From the IMG/VR virus record IMGVR_UViG_3300045988_061855: a DNA stretch of 64,000 bases; one strand, 5' to 3'. Of the stretch, positions 49,479 to 59,478 are shown piece after piece. The stretch is from a virus. The notes under the pieces are model-generated. The model ran no database searches. It was given only the letters and a program-made list of their open reading frames with translations, and had not been told where the DNA came from. Made by a program: the position numbers and the translations under genes. Each line of letters begins with the position of its first letter. Position 1 is the stretch's first letter.

Positions 49479-52400
49479 GTAGCAAAGAAGTTGACGAGCG
49501 TGTCGTCGAAATGCGGTTTGATAATGCTCAGTTTGAGAAAAATGTTCAGACGAGTATGTCAACATTAGATAAGTTAAAAGCCAAACTTAATTTTAATGGT
49601 GTTTCTAAAGGTCTTGAAGATGTTGGAAATGCCACTAAAAAACTTGAGTTTTCAGGTGTGACTTCTGGTATAGAAGCAGTGCAGGCGAAGCTCTCAGCAA
49701 TGGAAGTAATAGGTGTTACTGCATTGGCTAATATAACTAATTCTGCGGTTAATGCTGGAAAGAGAATTGCATCAGCTATAACCATTGACCCAGTTCGAGA
49801 TGGTTTTAACGAGTATGAAACTCAGATGAACGCAGTTCAGACGATTCTGGCGAATACTCAGAAAGAGGGAACAAATGTAAAACAAGTTAATGCTGCACTT
49901 GACCAGTTAAATACTTACGCTGATAAGACCATATACAATTTTACGGAGATGACACGTAATATTGGTACTTTCACAGCAGCAGGTGTTAAGTTGGATACTT
50001 CCGTGTCGGCTATTCAGGGTATAGCCAATCTAGCCGCAGTGTCAGGTTCAACATCTCAACAGGCGTCTACTGCCATGTATCAGCTTTCACAGGCTTTGGC
50101 ATCTGGTACAGTTAAACTTATGGACTGGAATTCAGTTGTTAATGCAGGCATGGGCGGTCAGGTATTTCAGGATGCATTAATAAGAACATCTGAAAAACTG
50201 GGAACCGGTGCAAAAGCATATATTGATGCTGCTGGTTCATTTAGAGAATCACTGTCAAAGGGTTGGTTGACGACAGATGTTCTTACTGAGACTTTAGATA
50301 TGTTTTCTACAGCAGCTGATACTGAAGAAGAATATGCAGCTGCTATTCAGAAGTTCGTCAATGAAGGATATTCAGAAGAACAGGCTGTAGATATGGCCAA
50401 TATGGCTAAAACTGCTGGTGAAGCAGCAACAAAGGTTAAGACATTTACACAGCTTATAGACACACTCAAGGAGGCACTTGGTTCTGGATGGACAACCACA
50501 TGGCGATTAATAATTGGTGACTTCGAAGAGGCTAAGGAACTCTGGACAAATGTTTCAGATGTTCTTAGCAAGTTAATTAACAACGCTTCAGAGGCAAGAA
50601 ATAAATTAGTAGAGGGAGTTATGTCTTTTAACCCTTTTACTAATATGCTTAATAAACTCGAGAATTCTGACATTGGAAAAACTGTTAAACAGATAAATAA
50701 TTTAACAAATAGTCTCGAATATTATCAGAAAGCAGTAACTGATGTATGGAAAGGTGATTATAAGAATTCTGATACAGGACGATATGAATTGCTTGATGAA
50801 GCTGGATATAATCATCAAGTTATACAGGATTTAGTTAATAAAGGTTATGAATATGAACTTACAGTAGAAGATGTGCAGGAAGCGGAAGCTAAGTTTGCAG
50901 ATTCATTAGGCGACTCTACTGAAGAAATTCAAAATGAATCTAAGCAATTGGCGAAGCTTTCAGATGAACAGTTAAGCCATGCTGGTTTGACCGATGATGA
51001 GATTTCTATGTATAGAGATTTGGAAAAACAGTCTGAGAAAACTGGCAAATCTATAGAAGAACTCATTAACGATATGAGTGCGAAGGATGGCAGAACTTTA
51101 TTATGGGATGGATTTGGTAATATTGGAGAAACTCTCATAATTACATTTACAGCCATAAAGGATGCATTTTCTGAGATATTCCCAGCGCCATCCGTTGCTA
51201 AGATTTATGGTGTTATCGATGGATTTAATGCACTTACTGAAAAGATGAAAGAATTCAGTAGCACACATGCATATGATGTAGAGCAGACTTTCAAAGGATT
51301 GTTTGCAGTAATTGATATTGTGCGAATGGTTTTAAGTTCCGGTCTTACAGTTGCATTTAAAGCATTGAAAGGAATCCTTAGTGCATTTGATATAGACATC
51401 ATTGAATTTACAGGTTACATAGGTGAAGCACTTGTTAATCTTCGTAATTGGTTGAAAAACAATGATTACATCGAGAAATCTTTCAAGAAAGTAGGAGAAG
51501 GTTTAAAAGTTGTAATCGACGGAATAAAGAAACTTATAGATTTACTTAAAAAATCGCCAAGAATTCAGAAATTTGTTGATATTATAAAAGATATTGACCT
51601 AAAAGAAGCTGGCGGATTTGTCGTTGAAGGTCTTAAGAAAGGCTTATCGTCAGGATTAACCATTATTCCAGATATGCTGAAAGATATAGGTTTAAAACTA
51701 TTATCAGCATTTGAGAAAGTGCTTAGAATTGCTTCCCCATCTAAAGAGATGGAGGCTGATGGTGAATTTGTAGTTGCTGGATTGGTTAAAGGTATAGAAA
51801 ACACTGCATCTACAGTATGGGATGCAATAAAAGACATTGGTACAAAGATAATTACCAAGTTTAAAGAGATTAAGGTCGGCGAAGCATTAACTAAGGTTAT
51901 ATCAGTTGGTGCTGGCGTTGGAATGCTAGCCATCACAAAGAACCTTGTTGACACATTTAAGAATATAACAGCCCCAATGGCTAGTGTTGGTGAATTTATA
52001 GAGACACTTGATAAGTCAGTCAAAAAGACAGCTAAAGCGATAGGTAAGAATCTTAAAGCATCTGCATTTGAGAAGAAAACAGAAGGTGTTCGTAATCTTG
52101 CATTGGCACTTTTAGCATTATCTGCGGCAGTATTTATAATGTCAAAGATAGACACTAAAAAGTTATGGTCTACAGTTGGTGCAATAGGTGTATTGGCTGT
52201 AATACTTGTTGGGTTGGCAGTTGCAATTAGTAAGCTGACAGATTCTGCTGTTGAATTGGATAGCAATAGCAAGACACTTAAGTTAAGTGGGTTAAAAACT
52301 ACACTCATAAGTATAGGTGTGGCTCTAGCATTAATGGCGGCAACTGTTAAGATCATGGGAAGTTTAAATCCTGATGCGTATATGCAAGGATTGTTGGGTC

Positions 52401-55400
52401 TTGTTACTCTTATGGGTGTTATGATGCTTTTAATAGTATCTATGAGTTTACTTGTATCTGACAATAATAGTAAGAGTATACAGCAGGCTGGAAAAGCTAT
52501 GAAGAAGATTGCTACAGCAATGCTTCTTATGGTAGCTGGCATAGCTATTCTTGGAAATATGAAACCAGAGAAGTATGCTCAGGGCCTTGATGGGTTTAAT
52601 ACTATCACGGCAGCTTTACTTGCAACCATAATCGGTTTAGTAGCATTAACTTATATAGCAACAGACAAAGACATATCTCAGGTTGGAAACTTAATGCTTA
52701 AGATAAGTGCCTCTATGTTATTAATGGCTGTTATGCTCAAAATGCTTAAGTCCATTGAACCAGCAGAAATGATAAAAGGAGCATTAATAGTTGGAGCTGC
52801 AATTGGTCTTGTCGTGGTGTTAGTTGCTTTATCACATCTTGGAAAGAAAAATGGGAAAGACATATCTCAGGTTGGAAACCTGATGCTAAAGATAAGTGCC
52901 TCTATGTTATTAATGGCTGTTATGCTCAAGGTACTTAAATCGGTAGATTATGCTGAAATTGGAAAAGGTGCATTAATCTTGGCTGGAGTTGCAGTATTAA
53001 TTGCTGGATTGGTCGCATTAACTCATAAAGCATCTGATAAACAGATAAAAGGAATCGGTAAAATGCTATTGGCTGTATCGCTGTGCTTTGCAGTTATGGC
53101 TGGTGTGTGTTTAGTTCTTGGGTTATTGCCGGTTGACAAAATAGTTCAGGGATTAGCGGCTGTAGCAGCATTCACAATATTAATAGAGGGATTAATAGCT
53201 GTGGCAGCGATTGCTGGTAAAGTAGATGAGAATGCATCTAAAACTTTAATGAGTGCTGCAATTGCGATAGGTGTTATGGCTGCCGCAGTGGCAATATTAT
53301 CTATACTCAAACCGGAGAAGATAATAGTGGCTACAGCATGTATGAGCGTACTAGTCGGATTATTTGCATTGGTTGAGTTCTGTGCTTCAAAAGTACAAGG
53401 AGCAATGGGGTCTTTGATTGCTATGGCAGTTGTTATAGGGCTTCTTGGTGGATTACTCATTGCTATATCATGTTTGCCGGTAGAGAAAACTATGGTCGCG
53501 ACAGCAGAATTAGCGATATTAATGGCAGTTATGGCTGGAGTGATGTTCTTAGTAAGTAAAGTCCCAGTCAGTGCGGCTATAACTGGCGCTGCTGGATTAG
53601 CTGCATTCATAGGAATATTTGCAGCCACATTAGCAATTCTCGGCGGTCTTAGTAAGATACCAGGAGTATCAGATATAGTTAATTCCGGAGGAGAGTTCTT
53701 AGCAAATATTGGATATGCTCTTGGAAATTTCATTGGTAGTATTATTGGCGGATTCGGCGCAGGTGTTTCTTCAGGACTACCTGAAATTGGAACTAACCTT
53801 GCATTATTTATGGAAAATGCTCAGCCATTTTTCGATGGTATTACCGGTATAGATGCTGTGTCAATGATAGCGAATATTGGTTCATTAACAGCTGCTATAT
53901 TATTACTAACAGCAGCTGATTTTATATCCGGCATGGCTACATTTATGAAAGGTAAGAATTCATTTTCTCAGTTAGGAAAAGAGCTTTCAGCATTTATAGT
54001 AAGTGCTCAGCCATTTATAGATGGTGCTAAATCGCTCACTGGTGAGATGATGGAGGGTGTTAAGGCGTTATCAGAAACATTACTGATGCTTACTGCCGCT
54101 GATTTAATAGATGGAATAAGCTCTTGGTTGACTGGAGGAACATCATTATCAGATTTTGCCGAACAGTTAAAGCCTTTTGGTGAAGCAATGGTAGAATTTT
54201 CTGATGTGGTTGCTGGAAAGATTGATATTGATGCAGTTAATTCCGCAGCAAACGCTGGAAAGATAATGGCTGAGATGGAGAAGAGTGTCACTAAAACAGG
54301 TGGCGTAGTGCAGTGGTTTACCGGTGAGCATGATATGGGTAAATTCTCAACACAATTAGTTCAGTTTGGTAGAGCAATAGTTCGTTTCTCCGACACTGTA
54401 TCGGTTGGAGTGAATGAAGAAGCCATAACAGCCGCTGCAAATGCCGGAAAGATTATGGCTGAAATGCAGAAAGACATTACACCATCTGGGGGCGTTGTAG
54501 AATGGTTTACCGGTGAAAAAGATATGGGTAAATTCTCAACACAGCTAACTCAGTTCGGAAATGCTATTGTTAATTTTTCTAGTAAAGTGGCTGGAAAGAT
54601 AGATGAAGGAGCAGTAACAGCAGCCGCAAATGCCGGTGCAATAATTGCAGATATGCAAAAGAATATAGCCCCATCAGGTGGTGTAGTGCAGTGGTTTACA
54701 GGCGATAAAGACATGAGTGCATTCTCTAAACAGTTAGTTCAGTTTGGTGAAGCAATCGTTAAATATTCCGATAAGGTCACAAATGTTGATGCTACAGGTG
54801 TCGAAAAGTCTCTAACATTTTCAAGAGCATTGCTCGGTGTAATAAACAGTTCATTATCAATAAATGAAAATGGGATAACTAAGTTTGGTAAAACAGCAGA
54901 TATTGGTACGACAATTCAGGCATATGCTGAGAAGATAGCGTCTGTAAACTTAACATCGGTAACCACATCAATCAGTGCTGCAAAACAATTACGAGACTTT
55001 GTACAGAGTTTAAATAACTTTGATATATCTGGAATAGCAACCTTCGATGAGGCTGTTAAAGAATTTTCAAAAGTTAATATGAGTTCGATAAAGAATGTAC
55101 TTGATGGATATTCTTCAGAATTCAATGCCCTTGGAAAGAAATTCTTAACTTCGTTGGTCGAAGGCTATTCATCAAAAGAAGAAAGCTTTTTAGCAGCGGT
55201 TGACTCAAGTTTACAAAGAGCCATAGAAACAATTAATTCATACTATCAGAGCATTAATAGCAGCGGAGCATATCTGGTTAGTGGCTTTGTCTCTGGTATA
55301 AACGTCAATACGTTCAGAGTAGAAGCATCTGCTAGAATAATGGCTAAGGCAGCATATGATGCAGCTAAAAGAGAATTGGATATCAATTCGCCATCTAGGG

Positions 55401-55882
55401 TTATGGAAAAATTAGCTAGTTATGTTCCTGCTGGATTTGCTAAGGGTATTAATAATAATCTTGGATTAGTTAATGTGTCATCTTCCGATATGGCTAATAC
55501 GGTCATTGACGGTGTTAGCAACGCCATATCCAAGATATCAGAACTTATAAATGGTGATATGAATATGCAACCAACTATAAGACCTGTCGTGGATTTGTCG
55601 GATGTTCAGACAGGTGTTGGAGCGATAGCAGCTATGATGCCTACAGGAGGTACTATAGGTATTTCTGGAGGCTTTAATACCGTTGCTACAATGATGAACC
55701 GCAATCGTCAAAATGGAAATAATGACGAAGTTATTTCAGCCATTAACAAACTCGATAAGAGTTTAAATGGTCTTTCTAAACCAACATACAACGTTGGTGG
55801 AATAACATATGATGATGGAAGTGCAGTATCCGATGCTGTACAGGAATTAATAAGAGCAGCTAGAATAGATAGGAGGTCATGA
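49475..55882 (+). CDS. Tape measure protein, 2135 aa
   Basis: N-terminal tape-measure block (...VKLMDWNSVVNAGMGGQVFQDAL...), long helical regions, and internal hydrophobic and 62-aa repeats. Position fits. Confidence 0.9.
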   Translation: MSSKEVDERVVEMRFDNAQFEKNVQTSMSTLDKLKAKLNFNGVSKGLEDVGNATKKLEFSGVTSGIEAVQAKLSAMEVIGVTALANITNSAVNAGKRIASAITIDPVRDGFNEYETQMNAVQTILANTQKEGTNVKQVNAALDQLNTYADKTIYNFTEMTRNIGTFTAAGVKLDTSVSAIQGIANLAAVSGSTSQQASTAMYQLSQALASGTVKLMDWNSVVNAGMGGQVFQDALIRTSEKLGTGAKAYIDAAGSFRESLSKGWLTTDVLTETLDMFSTAADTEEEYAAAIQKFVNEGYSEEQAVDMANMAKTAGEAATKVKTFTQLIDTLKEALGSGWTTTWRLIIGDFEEAKELWTNVSDVLSKLINNASEARNKLVEGVMSFNPFTNMLNKLENSDIGKTVKQINNLTNSLEYYQKAVTDVWKGDYKNSDTGRYELLDEAGYNHQVIQDLVNKGYEYELTVEDVQEAEAKFADSLGDSTEEIQNESKQLAKLSDEQLSHAGLTDDEISMYRDLEKQSEKTGKSIEELINDMSAKDGRTLLWDGFGNIGETLIITFTAIKDAFSEIFPAPSVAKIYGVIDGFNALTEKMKEFSSTHAYDVEQTFKGLFAVIDIVRMVLSSGLTVAFKALKGILSAFDIDIIEFTGYIGEALVNLRNWLKNNDYIEKSFKKVGEGLKVVIDGIKKLIDLLKKSPRIQKFVDIIKDIDLKEAGGFVVEGLKKGLSSGLTIIPDMLKDIGLKLLSAFEKVLRIASPSKEMEADGEFVVAGLVKGIENTASTVWDAIKDIGTKIITKFKEIKVGEALTKVISVGAGVGMLAITKNLVDTFKNITAPMASVGEFIETLDKSVKKTAKAIGKNLKASAFEKKTEGVRNLALALLALSAAVFIMSKIDTKKLWSTVGAIGVLAVILVGLAVAISKLTDSAVELDSNSKTLKLSGLKTTLISIGVALALMAATVKIMGSLNPDAYMQGLLGLVTLMGVMMLLIVSMSLLVSDNNSKSIQQAGKAMKKIATAMLLMVAGIAILGNMKPEKYAQGLDGFNTITAALLATIIGLVALTYIATDKDISQVGNLMLKISASMLLMAVMLKMLKSIEPAEMIKGALIVGAAIGLVVVLVALSHLGKKNGKDISQVGNLMLKISASMLLMAVMLKVLKSVDYAEIGKGALILAGVAVLIAGLVALTHKASDKQIKGIGKMLLAVSLCFAVMAGVCLVLGLLPVDKIVQGLAAVAAFTILIEGLIAVAAIAGKVDENASKTLMSAAIAIGVMAAAVAILSILKPEKIIVATACMSVLVGLFALVEFCASKVQGAMGSLIAMAVVIGLLGGLLIAISCLPVEKTMVATAELAILMAVMAGVMFLVSKVPVSAAITGAAGLAAFIGIFAATLAILGGLSKIPGVSDIVNSGGEFLANIGYALGNFIGSIIGGFGAGVSSGLPEIGTNLALFMENAQPFFDGITGIDAVSMIANIGSLTAAILLLTAADFISGMATFMKGKNSFSQLGKELSAFIVSAQPFIDGAKSLTGEMMEGVKALSETLLMLTAADLIDGISSWLTGGTSLSDFAEQLKPFGEAMVEFSDVVAGKIDIDAVNSAANAGKIMAEMEKSVTKTGGVVQWFTGEHDMGKFSTQLVQFGRAIVRFSDTVSVGVNEEAITAAANAGKIMAEMQKDITPSGGVVEWFTGEKDMGKFSTQLTQFGNAIVNFSSKVAGKIDEGAVTAAANAGAIIADMQKNIAPSGGVVQWFTGDKDMSAFSKQLVQFGEAIVKYSDKVTNVDATGVEKSLTFSRALLGVINSSLSINENGITKFGKTADIGTTIQAYAEKIASVNLTSVTTSISAAKQLRDFVQSLNNFDISGIATFDEAVKEFSKVNMSSIKNVLDGYSSEFNALGKKFLTSLVEGYSSKEESFLAAVDSSLQRAIETINSYYQSINSSGAYLVSGFVSGINVNTFRVEASARIMAKAAYDAAKRELDINSPSRVMEKLASYVPAGFAKGINNNLGLVNVSSSDMANTVIDGVSNAISKISELINGDMNMQPTIRPVVDLSDVQTGVGAIAAMMPTGGTIGISGGFNTVATMMNRNRQNGNNDEVISAINKLDKSLNGLSKPTYNVGGITYDDGSAVSDAVQELIRAARIDRRS
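52060..53600 (+). repeat. At least eight tandem ~60-aa two-helix hydrophobic units inside the tape measure
   Basis: Two units are near-identical at DNA level: 52670-52745 versus 52859-52934, period 189 nt (DISQVGNLMLKISASMLLMAVMLK...). Confidence 0.8.
54220..54790 (+). repeat. Three tandem ~62-aa repeats inside the tape measure
   Basis: AANAGKIMAEM(E/Q)K...GGVV(Q/E)WFTG(E/D)(H/K)DM(G/S)(K/A)FS(T/K)QL(V/T)QFG.AIV.(F/Y)S..V, three times. Confidence 0.8.
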
Positions 55883-55883
55883 T

Positions 55884-58409
55884 ATGGCTAGTGTATCAGG
55901 TTTGACTATAAAACGACAGACTGGCAGTAGCACATATTATGCTACATGGGATTTTGACAGTTCCATATCACAGTCTACTGGTGGTGGAGTCAATGAAGGT
56001 GACTGGGTCACAATTAATGATGGCGCAACTTGGTATAATGGAGTAGAAATAGCTGATTGGTGTTTTAGCGAGACATGGATGGTTATTCAAGTATCTGGAG
56101 ACAGAGCCGTACTTGGTGAAAATCAGGGTGGAGGCCATGACATACAAAGCCCGATTAATGTTAACGATTTGAGTGGTGGAAGTGGTGAATCTACTGAAAC
56201 TATAACTGACACATTAGAGAATTATGATGTGCAATGGTATTATGATACTGGAGACGACATATGGTTTGAAGGCACATCTGATTCGCCAACATCCACTCAT
56301 TCGGTATACTCGTCACCACCTAGCAATGCACTTAGAATCAAAGTCAAGGTTACCCCAGTATCAAAGACTTATACAGTTAACGATAATGAGACATCCTATT
56401 GGGCAGGTGAGGCAAATGAAGAAGAGTTTTCATTGGCTGGGGACCCTCCTGAAACTCCAACGACGCCTACAACTGAAATTGAAAAATTAAAGTTAACAGC
56501 GTCTATAGAAAACATATCAGATCCAAGAACGGACCAGATAGAATTCGAAGTATACAACGATTTAGTTAAAGTTAATAGCACAATCGTTGATGTAAAGTTA
56601 TGTATGGCTTCTATGTCTACAAATGTCATAGCTGGCGGAAAATACCGAGTTAGATGTAGAGCCATCAATCTTTATTACTCATCTAAGATATATGGAGAGT
56701 ATTCAGAATTTACAAGTGAGCTATTAACTATACCTGCGCCAGTTACTAATGTCGTTGCTTCGGCTGATAGTAAAACATCAGTTGTATTAGATTTTGACAA
56801 ATCTTCCACAGCGACGGGGTATAAAATTGAATATGTTACGAACCGTGATTACTTTGATACGTCATCGCAAACCAGTTCGTTATCGGTAACGACTAACAGA
56901 GCGCATGTTATAGGACTTGACACTGGTAAAGAATGGTTTTTCAGAGTTGCTGCTACGAATAGTAAAGGAGATTCAGAGTGGAGTGATATTGTTTCATTAA
57001 CAATAGGCTCTGCTCCAGCAGCTCCTACAACATGGTCATCTACAGCTACAGCTATCGTAGGTGAACCATTGAATTTATATTGGGTACACAATGCAAAAGA
57101 TAATTCAAGTCAAACATTTGCTCAGGTAGAGATTGATGTTAATGGAACTGTTAAAACTTATACTCAAAAGAATAGTACAGATGAGGAAGAAAAAGATAAA
57201 ACAAGTTCTTTCTCTATAAATACTTCTCAGTATACAGAAGGAACGGTATTAAAATGGCGAGTTAAGACGGCTGGAGCAACAAATGAATATGGCCCATGGT
57301 CAGTACAGAGGCAGGTAAATATTTATGCTCAACCTACATTAGAACTTGGACTCACTAACGCATCAGGTGTTTCCGTGGAAACAATATCAGCATTTCCGTT
57401 TTATATTTCAGCAGTTACAGGACCGAAAACTCAGTCACCAATAGGCTATCATCTCACTATAACAGCCGAAGAATCTTATACAACAGTTGATGCTGTCGGA
57501 GAAGATAAGATTGTCAATTCTGGAGATGATGTATATTCACAGTACTTCGATATATTTACAAGTTTGAAAGCTGAGATATCCGCGTATAACATAGCTATAA
57601 AAAACGGTATGCATTACACCATTACATGTGTTGCATCAATGAATTCAGGTTTGTCTGTACAAAAAACATTATCATTTAATGTTGCATGGGATGCTATAAA
57701 GTACAAACCTAATATCTCAATAAGTGTGAATAAGAAAAATTTTACAGCTTATCTAAGACCTTATTGCCTTGACATGAATAATAAAGAAACAGATAAGGTC
57801 ATAATATCAGTATTTCGTCGTGAATTCGATGGTTCATTCACTGAAATAATCTCAAACATTGAAAATAACAAAAACACATATATTACTGACCCTCATCCAG
57901 GTCTGGATTATGCAAGATATAGGATTGTAGCAACAGAAAAATCTACGGGAACTATTAGTTACTATGATGCTCCTGGCTATCCAATAGGATGCCGTTTTGC
58001 GGTGATTCAATGGGATGAAAAATGGAGAAATCTTGAAAATGCTACAGTTGACGCACAGGAACAAACACCATGGACTGGTTCTTTGTTGTTACTAAAGTAC
58101 AATCTTGATGTTAGTGACAGTAATGCTCCTGATAAATCGTTAGTTGAGTATGCTGGTCGAAAGCACCCAGTATCTTACTACGGAACACAGTTAGGAAGTA
58201 CATCAACATGGAGTGTAGAGATACCAAGGAATGATAAAGATACTTTATATGCAATAAGAAGACTCTCAACATGGATGGGAGATGTATATGTTAGAGAACC
58301 ATCAGGAAGCGGATATTGGGCTAGTGTAACAGTAAGTTATGATATAAAGCATACTGAATTAACTATACCAGTATCATTAACAATTACAAGAGTAGAAGGA
58401 GAAAAGTAA
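55884..58409 (+). CDS. Distal tail protein-like with FN3-type insertions
   Basis: Immediately after the tape measure. FN3-like segments (..PAPVTNVVASADSKTSVVLDFDKSSTATGYKIEY...WFFRVAATNSKGDSEWS). Confidence 0.7.
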   Translation: MASVSGLTIKRQTGSSTYYATWDFDSSISQSTGGGVNEGDWVTINDGATWYNGVEIADWCFSETWMVIQVSGDRAVLGENQGGGHDIQSPINVNDLSGGSGESTETITDTLENYDVQWYYDTGDDIWFEGTSDSPTSTHSVYSSPPSNALRIKVKVTPVSKTYTVNDNETSYWAGEANEEEFSLAGDPPETPTTPTTEIEKLKLTASIENISDPRTDQIEFEVYNDLVKVNSTIVDVKLCMASMSTNVIAGGKYRVRCRAINLYYSSKIYGEYSEFTSELLTIPAPVTNVVASADSKTSVVLDFDKSSTATGYKIEYVTNRDYFDTSSQTSSLSVTTNRAHVIGLDTGKEWFFRVAATNSKGDSEWSDIVSLTIGSAPAAPTTWSSTATAIVGEPLNLYWVHNAKDNSSQTFAQVEIDVNGTVKTYTQKNSTDEEEKDKTSSFSINTSQYTEGTVLKWRVKTAGATNEYGPWSVQRQVNIYAQPTLELGLTNASGVSVETISAFPFYISAVTGPKTQSPIGYHLTITAEESYTTVDAVGEDKIVNSGDDVYSQYFDIFTSLKAEISAYNIAIKNGMHYTITCVASMNSGLSVQKTLSFNVAWDAIKYKPNISISVNKKNFTAYLRPYCLDMNNKETDKVIISVFRREFDGSFTEIISNIENNKNTYITDPHPGLDYARYRIVATEKSTGTISYYDAPGYPIGCRFAVIQWDEKWRNLENATVDAQEQTPWTGSLLLLKYNLDVSDSNAPDKSLVEYAGRKHPVSYYGTQLGSTSTWSVEIPRNDKDTLYAIRRLSTWMGDVYVREPSGSGYWASVTVSYDIKHTELTIPVSLTITRVEGEK

Positions 58410-59470
58410 TGATTGATTGGCATGAGTCGATGGAACAGACCTTTGAGTATTACGTTGTCGATCCAGGGACTTGGAAAGACAAACAGAAACTTGATACGGT
58501 CAAACCTGGTTCAACAATTAAGCGTGATTCAAAGTCTGATACGTTGGGTTCAGCATCAATTAAAATTACGGGTCTGGTAGGAGAGTGTTATATAAGGGCA
58601 TATCTTATAGCAATTCAAAATGGAGTTACTTATAAAGAGCCTTTAGGAACATTTCTTGTCCAGACCCCTTCTTCTTCGTTTGATGGAAAGGTAAAAAGTG
58701 TCACATTAGACGCTTATACGCCTTTAATAGAGCTGAATGAAAACCCTCCAGCTCTTGGATATTTCACACCAAAGAAATCAAATACTATGGATGAAGTATA
58801 CAGACTGGCTAGGGATAATTGTAGGGCTCCAGTGGTGCCGTCAAAGTCTGATAAAGTGTTATATTCAGATTTTGTTGCAAACACCAGTGATACTTGGCTT
58901 ACATATTGTAAAGATTTGGCCGCAAATGCTGATTATGAACTTGGATTGGATGAGATGGGGAGAATTATATTTCCTCCAACCCAAGAATTAGAGTCATTGC
59001 AGCCAGTGACAACATATAATGATGATAATAGTTCGATATTGTTACCAAGTATAACAATGGAGCACGATATATATGGAATACCTAATGTTGTTGAAATAGT
59101 GTATTCAAACAATAATGATTACTATTATTCACGAGTAGTAAATGATGATGTAAATAGCCCTACTTCTACGGTTAATAGAGGAAGAGAAATTATACATAGA
59201 GTTACTGATTTGAACTTAGCAGGTATCCCAACAAATGCACAAGTTGATGAATATGCCGAGAAGCTTTTAAAGTCACTATCTACAGTAGAATATACAATTA
59301 CATATACGCATGGTTATTGCCAGACTCGTTTAGGCGATTGTGTAAGACTGAATTACAAAGCTGCTGGATTGACTGATGTAAAAGCAAAAGTTATATCGCA
59401 ATCAATAACTTGTGAATCTGGTTGTCCTGTTGAAGAGACTGCCAAATATACTAAAAACTTATGGAGGTGA
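58409..59470 (+). CDS. Tail-associated (Tal/baseplate hub N-terminal-like) protein
   Basis: Positioned after the Dit-like gene; 353 aa. Confidence 0.65.
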   Translation: MIDWHESMEQTFEYYVVDPGTWKDKQKLDTVKPGSTIKRDSKSDTLGSASIKITGLVGECYIRAYLIAIQNGVTYKEPLGTFLVQTPSSSFDGKVKSVTLDAYTPLIELNENPPALGYFTPKKSNTMDEVYRLARDNCRAPVVPSKSDKVLYSDFVANTSDTWLTYCKDLAANADYELGLDEMGRIIFPPTQELESLQPVTTYNDDNSSILLPSITMEHDIYGIPNVVEIVYSNNNDYYYSRVVNDDVNSPTSTVNRGREIIHRVTDLNLAGIPTNAQVDEYAEKLLKSLSTVEYTITYTHGYCQTRLGDCVRLNYKAAGLTDVKAKVISQSITCESGCPVEETAKYTKNLWR

Positions 59471-59478
59471 GCGTTGTA

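Noticed and set aside
51565-52542. 325-aa minus-strand ORF, together with 53146..53733, 52678..52863 and other antisense ORFs inside the tape measure gene
   Set aside because: These are shadow frames of an Ala/Ile/Leu/Val-rich repetitive gene. They are low-complexity, have no RBS, and are fully nested antisense to a well-supported 2135-aa ORF.
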